Shown: positions 35,031 through 45,888 of the stretch, one piece after another | How positions within the stretch are numbered: position 1 is the stretch's first letter | Layout of the letters: every line of letters begins with the position of its first letter | Origin: Clostridia bacterium | GTDB taxonomy: Bacteria; Bacillota; Clostridia; Christensenellales; CAG-138 | DNA length: 64,000 nt | Assembly (NCBI GenBank): GCA_017525875.1 | Contig: JAFXSG010000013.1 | Location: 154-64,153, forward strand | Direction: 5' to 3' | Translations under genes and position numbers: made by a program | Notes under the pieces: model-generated | Told to the model about the DNA's origin: nothing | Databases searched by the model: none | What the model saw: the letters and a program-made list of their open reading frames with translations, nothing else

Positions 35031-36758
35031 TTATGCTTCGGTGTGGAGAGCTCCAAAGTGGCAGAGCTGCTGGCAGAGACCGCAGCCGACGCACTGGGTG
35101 GGATCGATGGCAACGCCGGTCTCCGTCTTGCGGATGGCGGGGCAGCCGATCTTCAGGCACATACCGCAGTTGCGGCACTTGTCGGGATCGCTTACGTACG
35201 GGATGCCGGGCTGCTTTACTATCAGCGCGCAGGGACGGCGGGAGATGATGACGGAGAGCTCATCGCGCTCGGTCTCTTCGCGGACGACCTTTTCAAGTTC
35301 TTTAAGATCGAACGGATCGACGATGCGGACGTGCTTGATGCCCATCGCGTCGCAGAGCTTGACGATATCGAGCGCAACGGTGGGATCGCCGTGGATGTCC
35401 TTGCCGTTTGCGGGGTTGTTCTGGTGGCCGGTCATGCCGGTGATGGAGTTATCAGCAACGATGACGGTACCGACTGCGCGGTTGTACGCCATGTTGAGCA
35501 GGCCGGTGAGGCCGCTGTGGCAGAAGGTGGAGTCGCCGAGAACGGCAACGGTCTTCTTTGCCTGTTCGTGACCGCGGGCCTTCTCCATGCCGTGAGCCAT
35601 GCCGATGGATGCGCCCATGCAGACGCAGGTGTCAACGCCGCTGAGCGGAGGAAGTGCGCCGAGGGTGTAGCAGCCGATGTCGGAGCAGACGGTCAGCTTC
35701 AGCTTGCCGAGAACGTGGTAGAGACCGCGATGCGGGCAGCCGGGGCAGAGCACGGGAGGACGGGCGGGAATGCCCTGGGTGTTCATGGGACCGACGGGCT
35801 CTTCGCCGTTGAACTTGTTGGCGATCTTGTGCATGAACAGCTCGCCCTGAACGCCGGTGAGGTCCTTGCCGCTGCACTTGATGCCCCAGGCCTTGATGGT
35901 GTCCTCATAGAAGGGCTCCATATCCTCGATGACGTAGAGGGTCTCGACCTTGGAGGCGAACTCCTCGATCAGCTTGCGGGGCATGGGGTATGCAAGACCG
36001 AGCTTCAGCACGGAAGCGGTTGGCATTGCTTCTTTAACGTAGTTGTATGCCGCGCCGGTGGTGACGACGCCGACTTTCGTATCAGCCCACTCGATCTTGT
36101 TGATGGGCAGGGTGTTCGCGGCCTCGGCCAGCTTCTTTTCACGCTCTTCAACGTAGAGATGGCGGCCGATCATATTGGCGGGCATGGAAACGTATTTCTT
36201 GATATCTCTCTTATACTCGCGAAGGGGACGCTCAACGCGGTCCTCAAGCTCCACAAGGGTCCTTGCGTGGGCGATACGGGTGGTGACGCGAAGAATGACG
36301 GGGGTGTCGTACTCTTCGCTGATATCGTATGCCATCTTGAGGAAATCTTTGCATTCCTGGCTGCTTGAGGGATCGAGGACCGGTGCATGGGAAGCGCGTG
36401 CAAGCATGCGGGTGTCCTGCTCATTCTGGGAAGAATGCATACCGGGATCGTCCGCGACGACAACTACCATACCTGCGTTCACGCCGGTGTAGGTCGCGGT
36501 GAAGAACGGGTCTGCGGCAACGTTGAGGCCAACGTGCTTCATGCAGGCGAGGCTGCGTGCGCCGCTGACGGCTGCGCCGAGTGCGACTTCAACGGCAACC
36601 TTTTCATTCGGCGCCCATTCGGAATAGATCTCGGGATAGTTTGCAACGTTTTCGTTGATCTCTGTGCTGGGAGTGCCGGGGTATGCGCTGGAAACCCTAA
36701 CGCCGGCTTCGTATGCGCCCCTTGCAATCGCTTCATTACCAAGCAAAAGCTGTTTCAA
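35031..36758 (-). CDS. iorA: Indolepyruvate:ferredoxin oxidoreductase alpha subunit
   Basis: LLLGNEAIARGA, the TPP site GDSTFCHSG, and a C-terminal 2x[4Fe-4S] region (CRNCGMCLKIGCP, CVGCGLCQQLC). I chose the TTG at 36758 after aggagg; the alternative ATG is at 36800. Confidence 0.9.
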   Translation of the reverse strand: MKQLLLGNEAIARGAYEAGVRVSSAYPGTPSTEINENVANYPEIYSEWAPNEKVAVEVALGAAVSGARSLACMKHVGLNVAADPFFTATYTGVNAGMVVVVADDPGMHSSQNEQDTRMLARASHAPVLDPSSSQECKDFLKMAYDISEEYDTPVILRVTTRIAHARTLVELEDRVERPLREYKRDIKKYVSMPANMIGRHLYVEEREKKLAEAANTLPINKIEWADTKVGVVTTGAAYNYVKEAMPTASVLKLGLAYPMPRKLIEEFASKVETLYVIEDMEPFYEDTIKAWGIKCSGKDLTGVQGELFMHKIANKFNGEEPVGPMNTQGIPARPPVLCPGCPHRGLYHVLGKLKLTVCSDIGCYTLGALPPLSGVDTCVCMGASIGMAHGMEKARGHEQAKKTVAVLGDSTFCHSGLTGLLNMAYNRAVGTVIVADNSITGMTGHQNNPANGKDIHGDPTVALDIVKLCDAMGIKHVRIVDPFDLKELEKVVREETERDELSVIISRRPCALIVKQPGIPYVSDPDKCRNCGMCLKIGCPAIRKTETGVAIDPTQCVGCGLCQQLCHFGALHTEA

Positions 36759-37048
36759 TTGATTATCCTCCTTTGGTGTTGCGAGTCCATGCAGACTCAT
36801 TATAGGCTTCCTTTCCTATTATACAGGATTTCAGTCCACAAATAAAGCCCAAAAGGCAATATATTGATAAATCGATTATATACTTTTGCATATTGGATAC
36901 GGCTGAATCGCTGCGCTGTCCGGGGCTTCCGCGGGCTCAAAAGATATTCTGTTTTGCTGTTGCGAAACGCTCCGGTTTACGGTATAATAAATGATTGGAA
37001 ACGCTGACAAAAGCCGTTTCTGTGAATATACGATCAGGAGAAATCAAA

Positions 37049-37795
37049 ATGAAGATCTTCAAGCTCACATGTCCGAATTGCGAAAAGGAATTCGACGCGC
37101 CCGAATGGGGTCAAACCGACGTAAAGTGCCCTCATTGCGGTCACGAGTTTTATGTTGAAGAAATGGCCACACGCGCTAATCCTATGCTCGGTCAGCAAAA
37201 GAAGAAAAAGAATATGACCCGCGTGATCGTCGGTCTCGGTCTTCTGACCGCCATCGTCATCGTGCTTCAGCTTCTCGGTTCCTTCATCAAGTTCGGTACC
37301 TTTTCCGTTTCACTCGTTCTGATGCCCATCGTCATAGGCGCTGCTCTGTACGGCGTCTGGGCCGGCGCATGGCTCGGCCTTGTGTTCGGCGCTGTGGTGC
37401 TTCTCAGCGGCGACGCAAGTGTATTCCTTGCAATCAATCCGTTCGGCACCGTTCTGACCGTCCTGCTCAAGGGCATCCTCGCCGGCGCCTGCGCAGGTCT
37501 TATTTACAAGCTCATTGCAAAGACAGGCAAGACATATCTCGCCGTTCTCGCAGCGGCTGCCGTCTGCCCGATCGTCAACACCGGCATCTTCCTCGTAGGC
37601 TGCAATCTCTTCTTCTGGGACACCGTCAAAGAATGGGCTTCTGCGCTCGGTTTCGAAAACGCCGGCACCTATGCGATCGTCGGTCTCGTTGGAATGAACT
37701 TCATCTTCGAGCTCGCGATCAACCTCATTCTTTCTCCCGCCATCGTTATGCTAATCAAGTACGGTGAAAAGAGCATCGCAAAGAAGCATCGATAA
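37049..37795 (+). CDS. Zinc-ribbon domain fused to an ECF-transporter S-component-like membrane domain
   Basis: The N-terminus carries CPNC...CPHCG. Five to six TM helices follow, resembling an ECF substrate-capture subunit (FGTFSVSLVLMPIVIGAALYG...). ATG 37049 follows aggag. The family call is tentative. Confidence 0.6.
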   Translation: MKIFKLTCPNCEKEFDAPEWGQTDVKCPHCGHEFYVEEMATRANPMLGQQKKKKNMTRVIVGLGLLTAIVIVLQLLGSFIKFGTFSVSLVLMPIVIGAALYGVWAGAWLGLVFGAVVLLSGDASVFLAINPFGTVLTVLLKGILAGACAGLIYKLIAKTGKTYLAVLAAAAVCPIVNTGIFLVGCNLFFWDTVKEWASALGFENAGTYAIVGLVGMNFIFELAINLILSPAIVMLIKYGEKSIAKKHR

Positions 37796-37860
37796 TTTCT
37801 TTGCCGATCACGGATACTATCCCAGCGTGATGCTCGAACCGGATATTAAGGATCTTTATT

Positions 37861-39897
37861 ATGAACGAATTCAAAGTAGTATCACCGTTTGAGCCGCAGG
37901 GAGATCAGCCGCAGGCGATCGATACGCTTGCAAACGGCGTTTTGGCCGGCGATAAGCTGCAGGTGCTGCTCGGAGTCACGGGCTCCGGCAAGACCTTCAC
38001 CATAGCCAAGGTCATCGAGCGGGTGCAGAAGCCCACGCTCGTTATCGCGCACAACAAAACACTCGCAGCTCAGCTCTGTTCCGAGTTTCGCGAGTTTTTT
38101 CCGAACAACGCCGTCGAATATTTCGTTTCTTACTACGACTATTATCAGCCGGAAGCGTACATCGCTTCTTCCGATACCTATATCGAAAAGACGGCTGATA
38201 TCAATCAGGAGATCGACAGGCTTCGCCACAGCGCGACCTGTTCGCTGAACGAGCGGAGGGACGTAATTATCGTCGCCTCCGTTTCGTGCATCTATGCGCT
38301 CGGCGATCCCGAAGAATACCTGCGCATGAGCATCTCGCTGCGCCCCGGGACGGAGTTGGAGCGCGACGCGTTCCTTCGCAAACTCGTTGAGATCCAGTAT
38401 CAGCGCAACGATATCGAGTTCACTCGCGGCAACTTCCGCGTCCGCGGAGACATCGTCGAAGTGTTCCCGATGCAGTTCTCCGACCGTGCGATCCGCGTCG
38501 AGTTCTTCGGCGACGAGATCGAAAGCATCAAGGAGATCAACGCAGTCACCGGCGTCCCGATAAACAGCCTTGCGCACGCGATCATCTTTCCGGCAACGCA
38601 TTATACGGCCGGCCGGGATAAGCTCGAAAAAGCGCTTTCCGAGATCGAGGACGACATGAACGCGAGAGTCGCCGAACTTCAGGCCGAGTATAAGCTCGTT
38701 GAAGCGCAGCGCCTTGAGCAGCGCACGCGCTACGATCTTGAGATGATCCGCGAGATCGGCTACTGCTCCGGCATCGAAAACTATTCACGGTATTTCGACG
38801 GCCGCAGGCCCGGCCAACCGCCGTACACGCTGCTCGATTTCTTCGGCGACGATTTCCTTACCATAATCGATGAGAGCCATGCTACGATCCCGCAGATACG
38901 CGCTATGTATAACGGCGACCGTGCTAGGAAAACCGAGCTCGTGGAATACGGCTTCCGCATCCCCAGCGCGTACGACAACCGTCCGCTCAAATTCGAGGAG
39001 TTCGAACAGAGGCTCAAGCAGCTGATCTGCGTCAGCGCGACGCCTGCGGAATATGAACTGACCCGCGCCGCTAATATCGCGGAGCAGATCATCCGCCCGA
39101 CCGGTCTTCTGGACCCGGAGATCTTCGTCCGCCCGGTTACCGGTCAGATAGACGACCTGATATCAGAGATCGGCAGGAACACGTCAAAGGGCTACCGTGT
39201 GCTCGTTACGACGCTCACCAAGCGGATGGCGGAAATGCTGACAGAGCATCTCGATTCGATCGGGATCCGCGTCAGATATATGCATTCCGATATCGAAACG
39301 ATCGAGCGCATGGAGATCATCCGCGATCTTCGCCTCGGTGAATTCGACGTACTCGTCGGCATCAACCTGCTGCGCGAAGGCCTCGACCTTCCCGAGGTCG
39401 GCCTTGTCGCGATCCTCGACGCCGATAAAGAGGGTTTTCTCCGATCGACCACCTCGCTTATACAGACCGTCGGCAGAGCCGCACGCAACGTGGACGGCTA
39501 CGTCATAATGTATGCGGACGAGATCACCGATTCGATGCAGCGCACTATCGACGAAACAAACCGCCGCAGGCAAAAACAGCTCAAGTTCAACGAGGAAAAC
39601 GGTATAACGCCGAAGAGCATCGAAAAAGCCGTGCACGGCATCATCGAGATCTCTACGGGCGCTCAGGATGCCGCGGAAGGCTTTACCGACGAAGAGCTTG
39701 CAGAGAAGATCGCTCTGATAACCGAGCAGATGCAGAAGGCGGCGATGGAGCTCGATTTCGAGACCGCCGCGAAGCTCAGGGACGAGCTGTTCCGTCTCAA
39801 AGGCGAGAACCCTTCGGGCAGCGGCGGAAAGAGTACCTCCATCAAGCCCGGCATGCCCGGCAGCCGCCGCAAGTCCCGCGGGAGGAACCGCAAATAG
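37861..39897 (+). CDS. uvrB: Excinuclease ABC subunit B
   Basis: [21 protein letters not shown], helicase motifs and a C-terminal UVR domain ([14 protein letters not shown]). Confidence 0.97.
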   Translation: MNEFKVVSPFEPQGDQPQAIDTLANGVLAGDKLQVLLGVTGSGKTFTIAKVIERVQKPTLVIAHNKTLAAQLCSEFREFFPNNAVEYFVSYYDYYQPEAYIASSDTYIEKTADINQEIDRLRHSATCSLNERRDVIIVASVSCIYALGDPEEYLRMSISLRPGTELERDAFLRKLVEIQYQRNDIEFTRGNFRVRGDIVEVFPMQFSDRAIRVEFFGDEIESIKEINAVTGVPINSLAHAIIFPATHYTAGRDKLEKALSEIEDDMNARVAELQAEYKLVEAQRLEQRTRYDLEMIREIGYCSGIENYSRYFDGRRPGQPPYTLLDFFGDDFLTIIDESHATIPQIRAMYNGDRARKTELVEYGFRIPSAYDNRPLKFEEFEQRLKQLICVSATPAEYELTRAANIAEQIIRPTGLLDPEIFVRPVTGQIDDLISEIGRNTSKGYRVLVTTLTKRMAEMLTEHLDSIGIRVRYMHSDIETIERMEIIRDLRLGEFDVLVGINLLREGLDLPEVGLVAILDADKEGFLRSTTSLIQTVGRAARNVDGYVIMYADEITDSMQRTIDETNRRRQKQLKFNEENGITPKSIEKAVHGIIEISTGAQDAAEGFTDEELAEKIALITEQMQKAAMELDFETAAKLRDELFRLKGENPSGSGGKSTSIKPGMPGSRRKSRGRNRK

Positions 39898-39953
39898 CGG
39901 GGGAGTGCTCAATCTATTACGTATAATAATACGATCTGTATTGGAATATCCGA

Positions 39954-42800
39954 ATGAAAAACTGTATCACAATTAAAGGCGCGAGAGAAAACAACCTCAA
40001 GGACATTACTCTCTCGATACCGAGAGATAAGCTCGTCGTTTTCACCGGGCTTTCCGGCTCCGGCAAATCCTCGCTTGCGTTTGAGACCATTTTTGCAGAG
40101 GGCCAGCGGCGCTACGTTGAGTCGCTCTCTTCGTATGCACGCCAGTTCCTCGGTCAGATGGATAAGCCCGACGTGGACTATATCGAAGGTCTTTCTCCCG
40201 CCGTCTCCATCGATCAGAAGAGCACGTCCAACAACCCCCGTTCGACCGTCGGTACCGTGACGGAGATCAACGATTATCTCCGCCTGCTGTTTGCGCGGAT
40301 CGGCGTTCCGCATTGTCCTAACTGCGGCCGCGTGATCTCCCGTCAAAGCATCGATCAGGTCGTCGATCAGATCCTTGCGCTCGGCCCCGGCACCAGACTC
40401 CAGGTCGTCGCTCCGGTCATCCGCGGTAAAAAAGGCGAACACGTCAAGCTGCTTGAGCAGATCCGCAAGGACGGCTACGTTCGCGTGAAGATCGACGGCG
40501 AAGCTTATGAGATCAATGAGCTTCCCATGCTCGACAAGAATAAAAAGCATGATATCGACGTTATAGTCGACCGCATCGTGATAAAGGACGGCGTCGAGAT
40601 GCGCCTTTCGGATTCGCTTGAAACGGCGTTCGCGCTTGGCTCCGGCCTTGCAAAAGCCGACGTCATCGGCGGCGAGGAGCTGCTGTTTTCGCAGAACTAT
40701 TCCTGCCCGGACTGCGGCGTCAGCATCGAAGAGCTCAGCCCGAGGATGTTCTCTTTCAACAATCCCTACGGTGCCTGCCCGACCTGCTCCGGCCTCGGCT
40801 ATCAGGAGAAGTTTGACCCGGATCTCGTCGTTCCCGATCCCACTAAATCCCTGCGCGAAGGCGCGATAGCCGTCAGCGGCTGGGGCAACGGGAACCCGAC
40901 GAACGATACGAGCATCCGCATGATGTATTATAAGGCGCTCGAAAAGGAATACGGGTTTTCCATAGACACTCCCTGGCAGGAGCTTTCTAACGAAGTCCGG
41001 GACGTGCTGCTTTACGGTTCGCACGGCAAAAAACTTCGTTTTGAGTACGAAAAGGATTACGGCAGCGGCAGTTTTTTGGCGCAGTTCGAGGGTATCATCC
41101 CGAGCATCGAAAGGCGCTATAACGAAACGCAGTCCGATTTTATGAAGGATGCGTACCGCGAATACATAACCATGACGCCATGCCCGGCATGCGGCGGCAA
41201 GCGGCTTCGCCGCGAAGTGCTCGCCGTCACGATCGAAGGCAGATCGATCGCCGACGTTTGCGACATGCCCATCCTTGATATAATCAGTTTTCTTAACGCG
41301 ATCAAGCTTTCGGAGTCTGAAAAGATCATCGCTTCGCGCATTTTCAAAGAGCTTACCGCAAGGCTCCGCTTCCTTGTGGACGTCGGTCTCGATTATCTGA
41401 CGCTCTCGCGCTCCGCATCTTCGCTTTCCGGCGGCGAAGCGCAGCGTATCCGCCTCGCTACGCAGATAGGCTCCGGCCTTGTCGGAGTGCTCTACATACT
41501 TGACGAGCCCAGCATAGGCCTGCATCAGCACGACAACGCAAAGCTTATAGCGACGCTCAAGGGCCTGCGTGACCTTGGGAACACGCTGATCGTCGTCGAG
41601 CACGACGAAGAGACCATGCTGAGCGCCGATCACATCGTCGACATAGGGCCCGGTCCCGGCATCCACGGCGGCCAGGTCGTTGCTCAGGGAACGGTTCAGG
41701 ATATTATGAATACGCCCGAATCGATCACCGGTCAGTTTTTGAGCGGCAAACGCTTTATCCCGATACCCGACGAACGCAGGAAGCCCGATAAGGATCGCTG
41801 GCTCCGCGTTTACGGCTGCCGTGAAAACAACCTCAGGAATATCGACGTTGCGATCCCGCTCGGAGTGTTCACCTGCGTCACTGGCGTATCAGGCTCCGGC
41901 AAATCCAGCCTTGTTAACGGGATCATCAAAAACACGCTTCTTCGCCGGCTCAACCGTGCTCGTACGGTCTCAGGTGATTTCGACAGCATGACCGGCGTTG
42001 AATACCTCGATAAGGTGATCGATATCGATCAATCGCCGATCGGACGCACGCCCAGGAGCAATCCCGCGACCTACACCGGTGTTTTCGATCTGATCCGCGA
42101 CGTGTTCGCAATGACGCCGGACGCCAAAATGCGAGGTTATTCGCAGGGCAGATTCAGCTTCAACGTCAAAGGCGGGCGTTGCGAATCCTGCCGCGGTGAT
42201 GGTATAATAAAGATAGAAATGCATTTTCTGCCGGACGTGTATGTTCCGTGCGAGGTCTGCAAGGGCAAGCGCTACAACCGCGAAACGCTCGAGGTGCATT
42301 ATCGCGGCAAGTCCATAGCGGACGTGCTCGATATGACCGTTGAGCAGGCGCTCGAGTTCTTCGCGCCGATACCGAGGATCGCGCGCAAGCTCCAGGCACT
42401 CTATGACGTCGGCCTCGGGTACATCAAGCTCGGCCAGTCATCTACGACGCTGTCCGGCGGCGAAGCGCAGCGCGTCAAGCTTGCAACCGAGCTTGCACGG
42501 CGCGATACCGGCAAAACGCTCTACATCTTAGACGAGCCAACGACCGGCCTTCACTCCGCGGACGTTGAAAAGCTGCTCGCCATACTTCAGCGGCTCGCGT
42601 CTTCCGGCAGCACGGTCGTGGTGATCGAGCATAATCTGGACGTTATCAAGACGGCGGATTACATTATCGATCTCGGTCCCGATGGCGGCGTTCGCGGCGG
42701 AACGGTCGTTGCAGCCGGCACGCCCGAGGAAGTCGCGCTCGTCAGCGGAAGTTATACGGGACAGTATCTTAAAAAAATACTTGAGAAAAAGCTCAACTGA
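39954..42800 (+). CDS. uvrA: Excinuclease ABC subunit A
   Basis: Two ABC modules ([23 protein letters not shown]), LSGGEAQR twice, and zinc fingers. Confidence 0.97.
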   Translation: MKNCITIKGARENNLKDITLSIPRDKLVVFTGLSGSGKSSLAFETIFAEGQRRYVESLSSYARQFLGQMDKPDVDYIEGLSPAVSIDQKSTSNNPRSTVGTVTEINDYLRLLFARIGVPHCPNCGRVISRQSIDQVVDQILALGPGTRLQVVAPVIRGKKGEHVKLLEQIRKDGYVRVKIDGEAYEINELPMLDKNKKHDIDVIVDRIVIKDGVEMRLSDSLETAFALGSGLAKADVIGGEELLFSQNYSCPDCGVSIEELSPRMFSFNNPYGACPTCSGLGYQEKFDPDLVVPDPTKSLREGAIAVSGWGNGNPTNDTSIRMMYYKALEKEYGFSIDTPWQELSNEVRDVLLYGSHGKKLRFEYEKDYGSGSFLAQFEGIIPSIERRYNETQSDFMKDAYREYITMTPCPACGGKRLRREVLAVTIEGRSIADVCDMPILDIISFLNAIKLSESEKIIASRIFKELTARLRFLVDVGLDYLTLSRSASSLSGGEAQRIRLATQIGSGLVGVLYILDEPSIGLHQHDNAKLIATLKGLRDLGNTLIVVEHDEETMLSADHIVDIGPGPGIHGGQVVAQGTVQDIMNTPESITGQFLSGKRFIPIPDERRKPDKDRWLRVYGCRENNLRNIDVAIPLGVFTCVTGVSGSGKSSLVNGIIKNTLLRRLNRARTVSGDFDSMTGVEYLDKVIDIDQSPIGRTPRSNPATYTGVFDLIRDVFAMTPDAKMRGYSQGRFSFNVKGGRCESCRGDGIIKIEMHFLPDVYVPCEVCKGKRYNRETLEVHYRGKSIADVLDMTVEQALEFFAPIPRIARKLQALYDVGLGYIKLGQSSTTLSGGEAQRVKLATELARRDTGKTLYILDEPTTGLHSADVEKLLAILQRLASSGSTVVVIEHNLDVIKTADYIIDLGPDGGVRGGTVVAAGTPEEVALVSGSYTGQYLKKILEKKLN

Positions 42801-42818
42801 ACCAGGAGGTTTTGACAT

Positions 42819-43586
42819 ATGGCAAACAGCGTTATGCAAAAATGGTACGAAGCGGCAAAGACCAGGTCTTCTGTCCGCAATTATACCGGAAGCGTCGATA
42901 AAGATACCTTTTATGAGCTCAAAGGCGCGGCTTCAAGGCTTTGCAATGATGACGCCCGCATCGAACTGCGCGCCAAGAACGGTGTTTTGATAAAGCCCGT
43001 CCTGTCCCAGCTGCTCGGCGGCGTCGAAGGGACGAACTGTTTTGCCGCTGTCATCGTCCGCAACGGCAACAACTACATGGGCGGCTACGTCGGCGAAGCC
43101 TTCGTGCTCGAGTGCGCTTCCCGCGGGATCGGCACCTGCTGGCTCGGGGCGAGTTTCAAGCGCAGCGCCGTGCGCCAATTCATCGATATCGACGAGAACG
43201 AGTCCCTGATCGCCGTTATCGCTTTCGGAAGGACCAACGGTTTCCCGAAACCTCCCGCAAAGAAATCCGCCGAACAGCTCACCGGCCTCGAAACGGAGGT
43301 AATAAAAGCGCTTCCCGAATGGCAGCAGGAGGCTATCCGCATCGCCAAGCTTGCGCCTTCGGCAAGGAACAAGCAGCCCTGGGATATCGAAGTCAAAAAG
43401 GACATGCTCGGCATCGTCTGCAATTCCAGCAACTTCGGTTACGGCGACGTCGACTGCGGCATCGCGATGCTCCATATCGAACTCGGGGCGGGGATGAGGA
43501 ACGTTTACGGGGACTGGGATATGAAGGGTGCCACCAAATATTTCGTTCCGTATGAAAACACCGTTGCATACGACGACAAAGAGTGA
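42819..43586 (+). CDS. Nitroreductase family protein
   Basis: KTRSSVRNY, GIGTCWLG, and SARNKQPW in the second half. Confidence 0.8.
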   Translation: MANSVMQKWYEAAKTRSSVRNYTGSVDKDTFYELKGAASRLCNDDARIELRAKNGVLIKPVLSQLLGGVEGTNCFAAVIVRNGNNYMGGYVGEAFVLECASRGIGTCWLGASFKRSAVRQFIDIDENESLIAVIAFGRTNGFPKPPAKKSAEQLTGLETEVIKALPEWQQEAIRIAKLAPSARNKQPWDIEVKKDMLGIVCNSSNFGYGDVDCGIAMLHIELGAGMRNVYGDWDMKGATKYFVPYENTVAYDDKE

Positions 43587-43605
43587 TCAGATAATATAAT
43601 ATATT

Positions 43606-44091
43606 ATGAAGAGGGTAGAGGTATACACAGACGGCGCATGCTCCGGGAATCCGGGAGTCGGCGGTTGGGGCGCGATACTGATCTACGGCAGGGTCAGGAA
43701 GGAGATATCCGGTTCCGAGCAATTCACGACCAACAACCGCATGGAGATGACCGCCGCGATCGCAGCCCTCAAATGCCTGAAAATGCCTTGCGAGGTCACG
43801 CTGCACACGGACAGCAGTTACTTATTCAACGGATTCAGTCATGGCTGGATCTATAACTGGCTCCGAAACGGCTGGAAGACAGCCAATAAGAAACCCGTTG
43901 AAAATCAGGATCTCTGGCAGGAGTTGCTTGAGCTGAACGGTATCCATAAAATCAAATGGATCAAGGTCAAAGGTCACGCAGATAATGAAAACAACAATCG
44001 CTGCGATAAGCTTGCGACCGGCGCTGCGGCGGAACTGAAAAAGAAGCTTTCAGAAACAAACGATAACAACAGTACCGATACAACCGAATAA
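43606..44091 (+). CDS. rnhA: Ribonuclease HI
   Basis: [55 protein letters not shown]. Confidence 0.93.
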   Translation: MKRVEVYTDGACSGNPGVGGWGAILIYGRVRKEISGSEQFTTNNRMEMTAAIAALKCLKMPCEVTLHTDSSYLFNGFSHGWIYNWLRNGWKTANKKPVENQDLWQELLELNGIHKIKWIKVKGHADNENNNRCDKLATGAAAELKKKLSETNDNNSTDTTE

Positions 44092-44174
44092 TTGCGTGAC
44101 TTTTAGCACTGACCAAACTGCGTCAAAAAATCCCACGATCCAAAGGAAAAACCTATTTCCGGAGTTTTAGCACT

Positions 44175-44208
44175 AACTATTCGCAAAACTTGTGTTTTGC
44201 GAATAGTT
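44175..44208. repeat. Perfect 15-4-15 palindrome overlapping the -35 region of the recombinase promoter
   Basis: aactattcgcaaaac-ttgt-gttttgcgaatagtt is followed by tg-t-tataat (44213-44218). It could be an operator or the rnhA terminator. Confidence 0.6.
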
Positions 44209-44254
44209 GTGTTATAATATACCTATACCACCCATTTTACCGGAGGCCCTGAAA

Positions 44255-45454
44255 ATGAGCGAAGATTACTCAACCGAACGAACCCGCAAGTATTTGCTGA
44301 AACTGCGTGAGCTCCTCACGGAACTGCCTCCCGTCTGTGGAGAGTTTTTTCGAGGCATCGAACAGACCACGAGCGCGCTCACGCGCTACGGTTACGCGCT
44401 CGACCTCAGATTGTTTCTTAAGTTTCTTATCGGGACGGAGCTCGGCGACGGGACCGCATCTATCAAAAAGATCGACTACAAGTTTCTTGACTCTGTCACG
44501 GCCGATCACATCGAGCGTTTTCTCGAATACGTTTCCCTGTACCCCGATCAAAGCGGCGATGACGACGATGCCGAGATGATCTCCAACGGCGAACGCGGCA
44601 AAGCGCGCAAGCTGTCTTCCGTCCGCGCCTTCTACAAGCATCTTTATAAGAAAGGCCGAATAAGCTCAAACCCGGCTTCGCTCGTCGATGCGCCGAAGCT
44701 GCACGAGAAAGCGATCATCAGGCTCGAACCGGATGAGGTCGTGAAGCTCCTGAACCTCATCGACAGCGGCGCAGGTCTGACCGATGCACAGAGGCGTTTT
44801 CATAACCAGACCAAAGTGCGTGACGCGGCGATCGTTACCCTGTTTCTCGGGACCGGCATGCGTATCAGCGAGCTTGTCGGCATCAACGTGGATGATATCG
44901 ACTTTGAGCAGAATGAAGTGCGTATCGTTCGCAAAGGCGGGAATCAGGACGTGCTCGTTTTCGGTCCCGAGGTCCGCGGCGCGCTGCTCAATTATATGCT
45001 CTGCCGTGAAGGAGTCGACGCGGAACCCGGTCATGAAAAGGCCCTGTTCCTCTCCCTGCAGAAAAAGAGAATAACCGTTCGTGCAGTCGAACAGCTGGTC
45101 AAAAAATACGCAAGGATCGCTGCGCCGCTCAAGAAGATCTCCCCGCATAAGCTGCGCAGCACCTACGGCACGTCCCTCTACCGCGAGACCGGCGATATCT
45201 ATCTCGTTGCGGACGTGCTCGGCCACAAGGACGTCAACACGACGCGCAAGCATTACGCAGCGCTTTCACAGGATCGTCGGCGCACCGCGGCCGAGGTCAT
45301 CAGGCTTCGCGACGAAACTCCGGCAGAATTAGATACTTTTGATGACAGCCCCGAAAGCGAGGCTTCTGCGGCTCTTCCGCATGAGTCGAGCGAAAACAAA
45401 ACGCCGCCCGCTGATGGCGATCAGCAGAACGGCGGTCAGGGCGATCAGGATTGA
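44255..45454 (+). CDS. Tyrosine recombinase / site-specific integrase (XerC/XerD-like) with a long acidic C-terminal tail
   Basis: N-terminal SAM-like domain, then catalytic residues in context (GTGMRISEL, HKLRSTYGTSL, LGHKDVNTTRKHY). ATG 44255 chosen. Confidence 0.88.
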   Translation: MSEDYSTERTRKYLLKLRELLTELPPVCGEFFRGIEQTTSALTRYGYALDLRLFLKFLIGTELGDGTASIKKIDYKFLDSVTADHIERFLEYVSLYPDQSGDDDDAEMISNGERGKARKLSSVRAFYKHLYKKGRISSNPASLVDAPKLHEKAIIRLEPDEVVKLLNLIDSGAGLTDAQRRFHNQTKVRDAAIVTLFLGTGMRISELVGINVDDIDFEQNEVRIVRKGGNQDVLVFGPEVRGALLNYMLCREGVDAEPGHEKALFLSLQKKRITVRAVEQLVKKYARIAAPLKKISPHKLRSTYGTSLYRETGDIYLVADVLGHKDVNTTRKHYAALSQDRRRTAAEVIRLRDETPAELDTFDDSPESEASAALPHESSENKTPPADGDQQNGGQGDQD

Positions 45455-45873
45455 TCTTTTTTCCTTCTCTTGCGTGTACCGTGGAGCCCGATCTCAGGCA
45501 GCTGAACGTCGGGTTCCTCTTTTTTCTTTTCTTCGGCCTCGTACTCCGCAAGTATCTTTTCCCATTTCGCCTGCAGTTCGGGATCGACTTCAATGGGATC
45601 CGGAAGATGCAGGTCGATCGGTGCGTCCAGGAATGCGCGAAGCTGCTTCTCCTCCTCGGTCAGCTCCCCGTCGTCCTCCGGCTCGTCAAAACCGAAATCG
45701 TTGTCTTTCTCCTCGGTTTCGTCTGCATGTACTACGATGCTAAGGAACTCATCATCGGTCTTTTTCAGGCATTTGCCGCAGTTGTCGCAGAGCTTGTTCG
45801 GATCCAAATCGCAGCGCATGCACTCGCCGCAGTTGTCGCAGATCTTGTCATCGTATAAAACACACTTCTTCAT
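45445..45873 (-). CDS. Hypothetical small protein with an N-terminal Cys-rich module and an acidic/Lys-rich tail
   Basis: MKKCVLYDDKICDNCGECMRCDLDPNKLCDNCGKC, then an E/D-rich region. It is the last gene of the mutS-mutL-miaA-ynbB run. I recognise no family. Confidence 0.6.
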   Translation of the reverse strand: MKKCVLYDDKICDNCGECMRCDLDPNKLCDNCGKCLKKTDDEFLSIVVHADETEEKDNDFGFDEPEDDGELTEEEKQLRAFLDAPIDLHLPDPIEVDPELQAKWEKILAEYEAEEKKKEEPDVQLPEIGLHGTRKRRKKDQS

Positions 45874-45888
45874 ATCCGTCCCCCGTTG

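Noticed and set aside
36845-37048. A possible riboswitch in the divergent iorA / ECF-S intergenic region.
   Set aside because: I could not find TPP, FMN, THF or preQ1 signature sequences. The leader after the predicted promoter is only about 50 nt, with one small imperfect hairpin.
37796-37860. A possible LexA/SOS box upstream of uvrB (CGAAC at 37835-37839).
   Set aside because: Only one half-site is present. There is no GTTCG partner at the expected 4-nt spacing.
44255-45454. The tyrosine recombinase read as the boundary of a prophage or integrative element.
   Set aside because: Both flanks are core genes (rnhA upstream, the ynbB-miaA-mutLS run downstream). There is no tRNA target or phage/conjugation gene nearby. 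It is more consistent with a chromosomal Xer-like recombinase.
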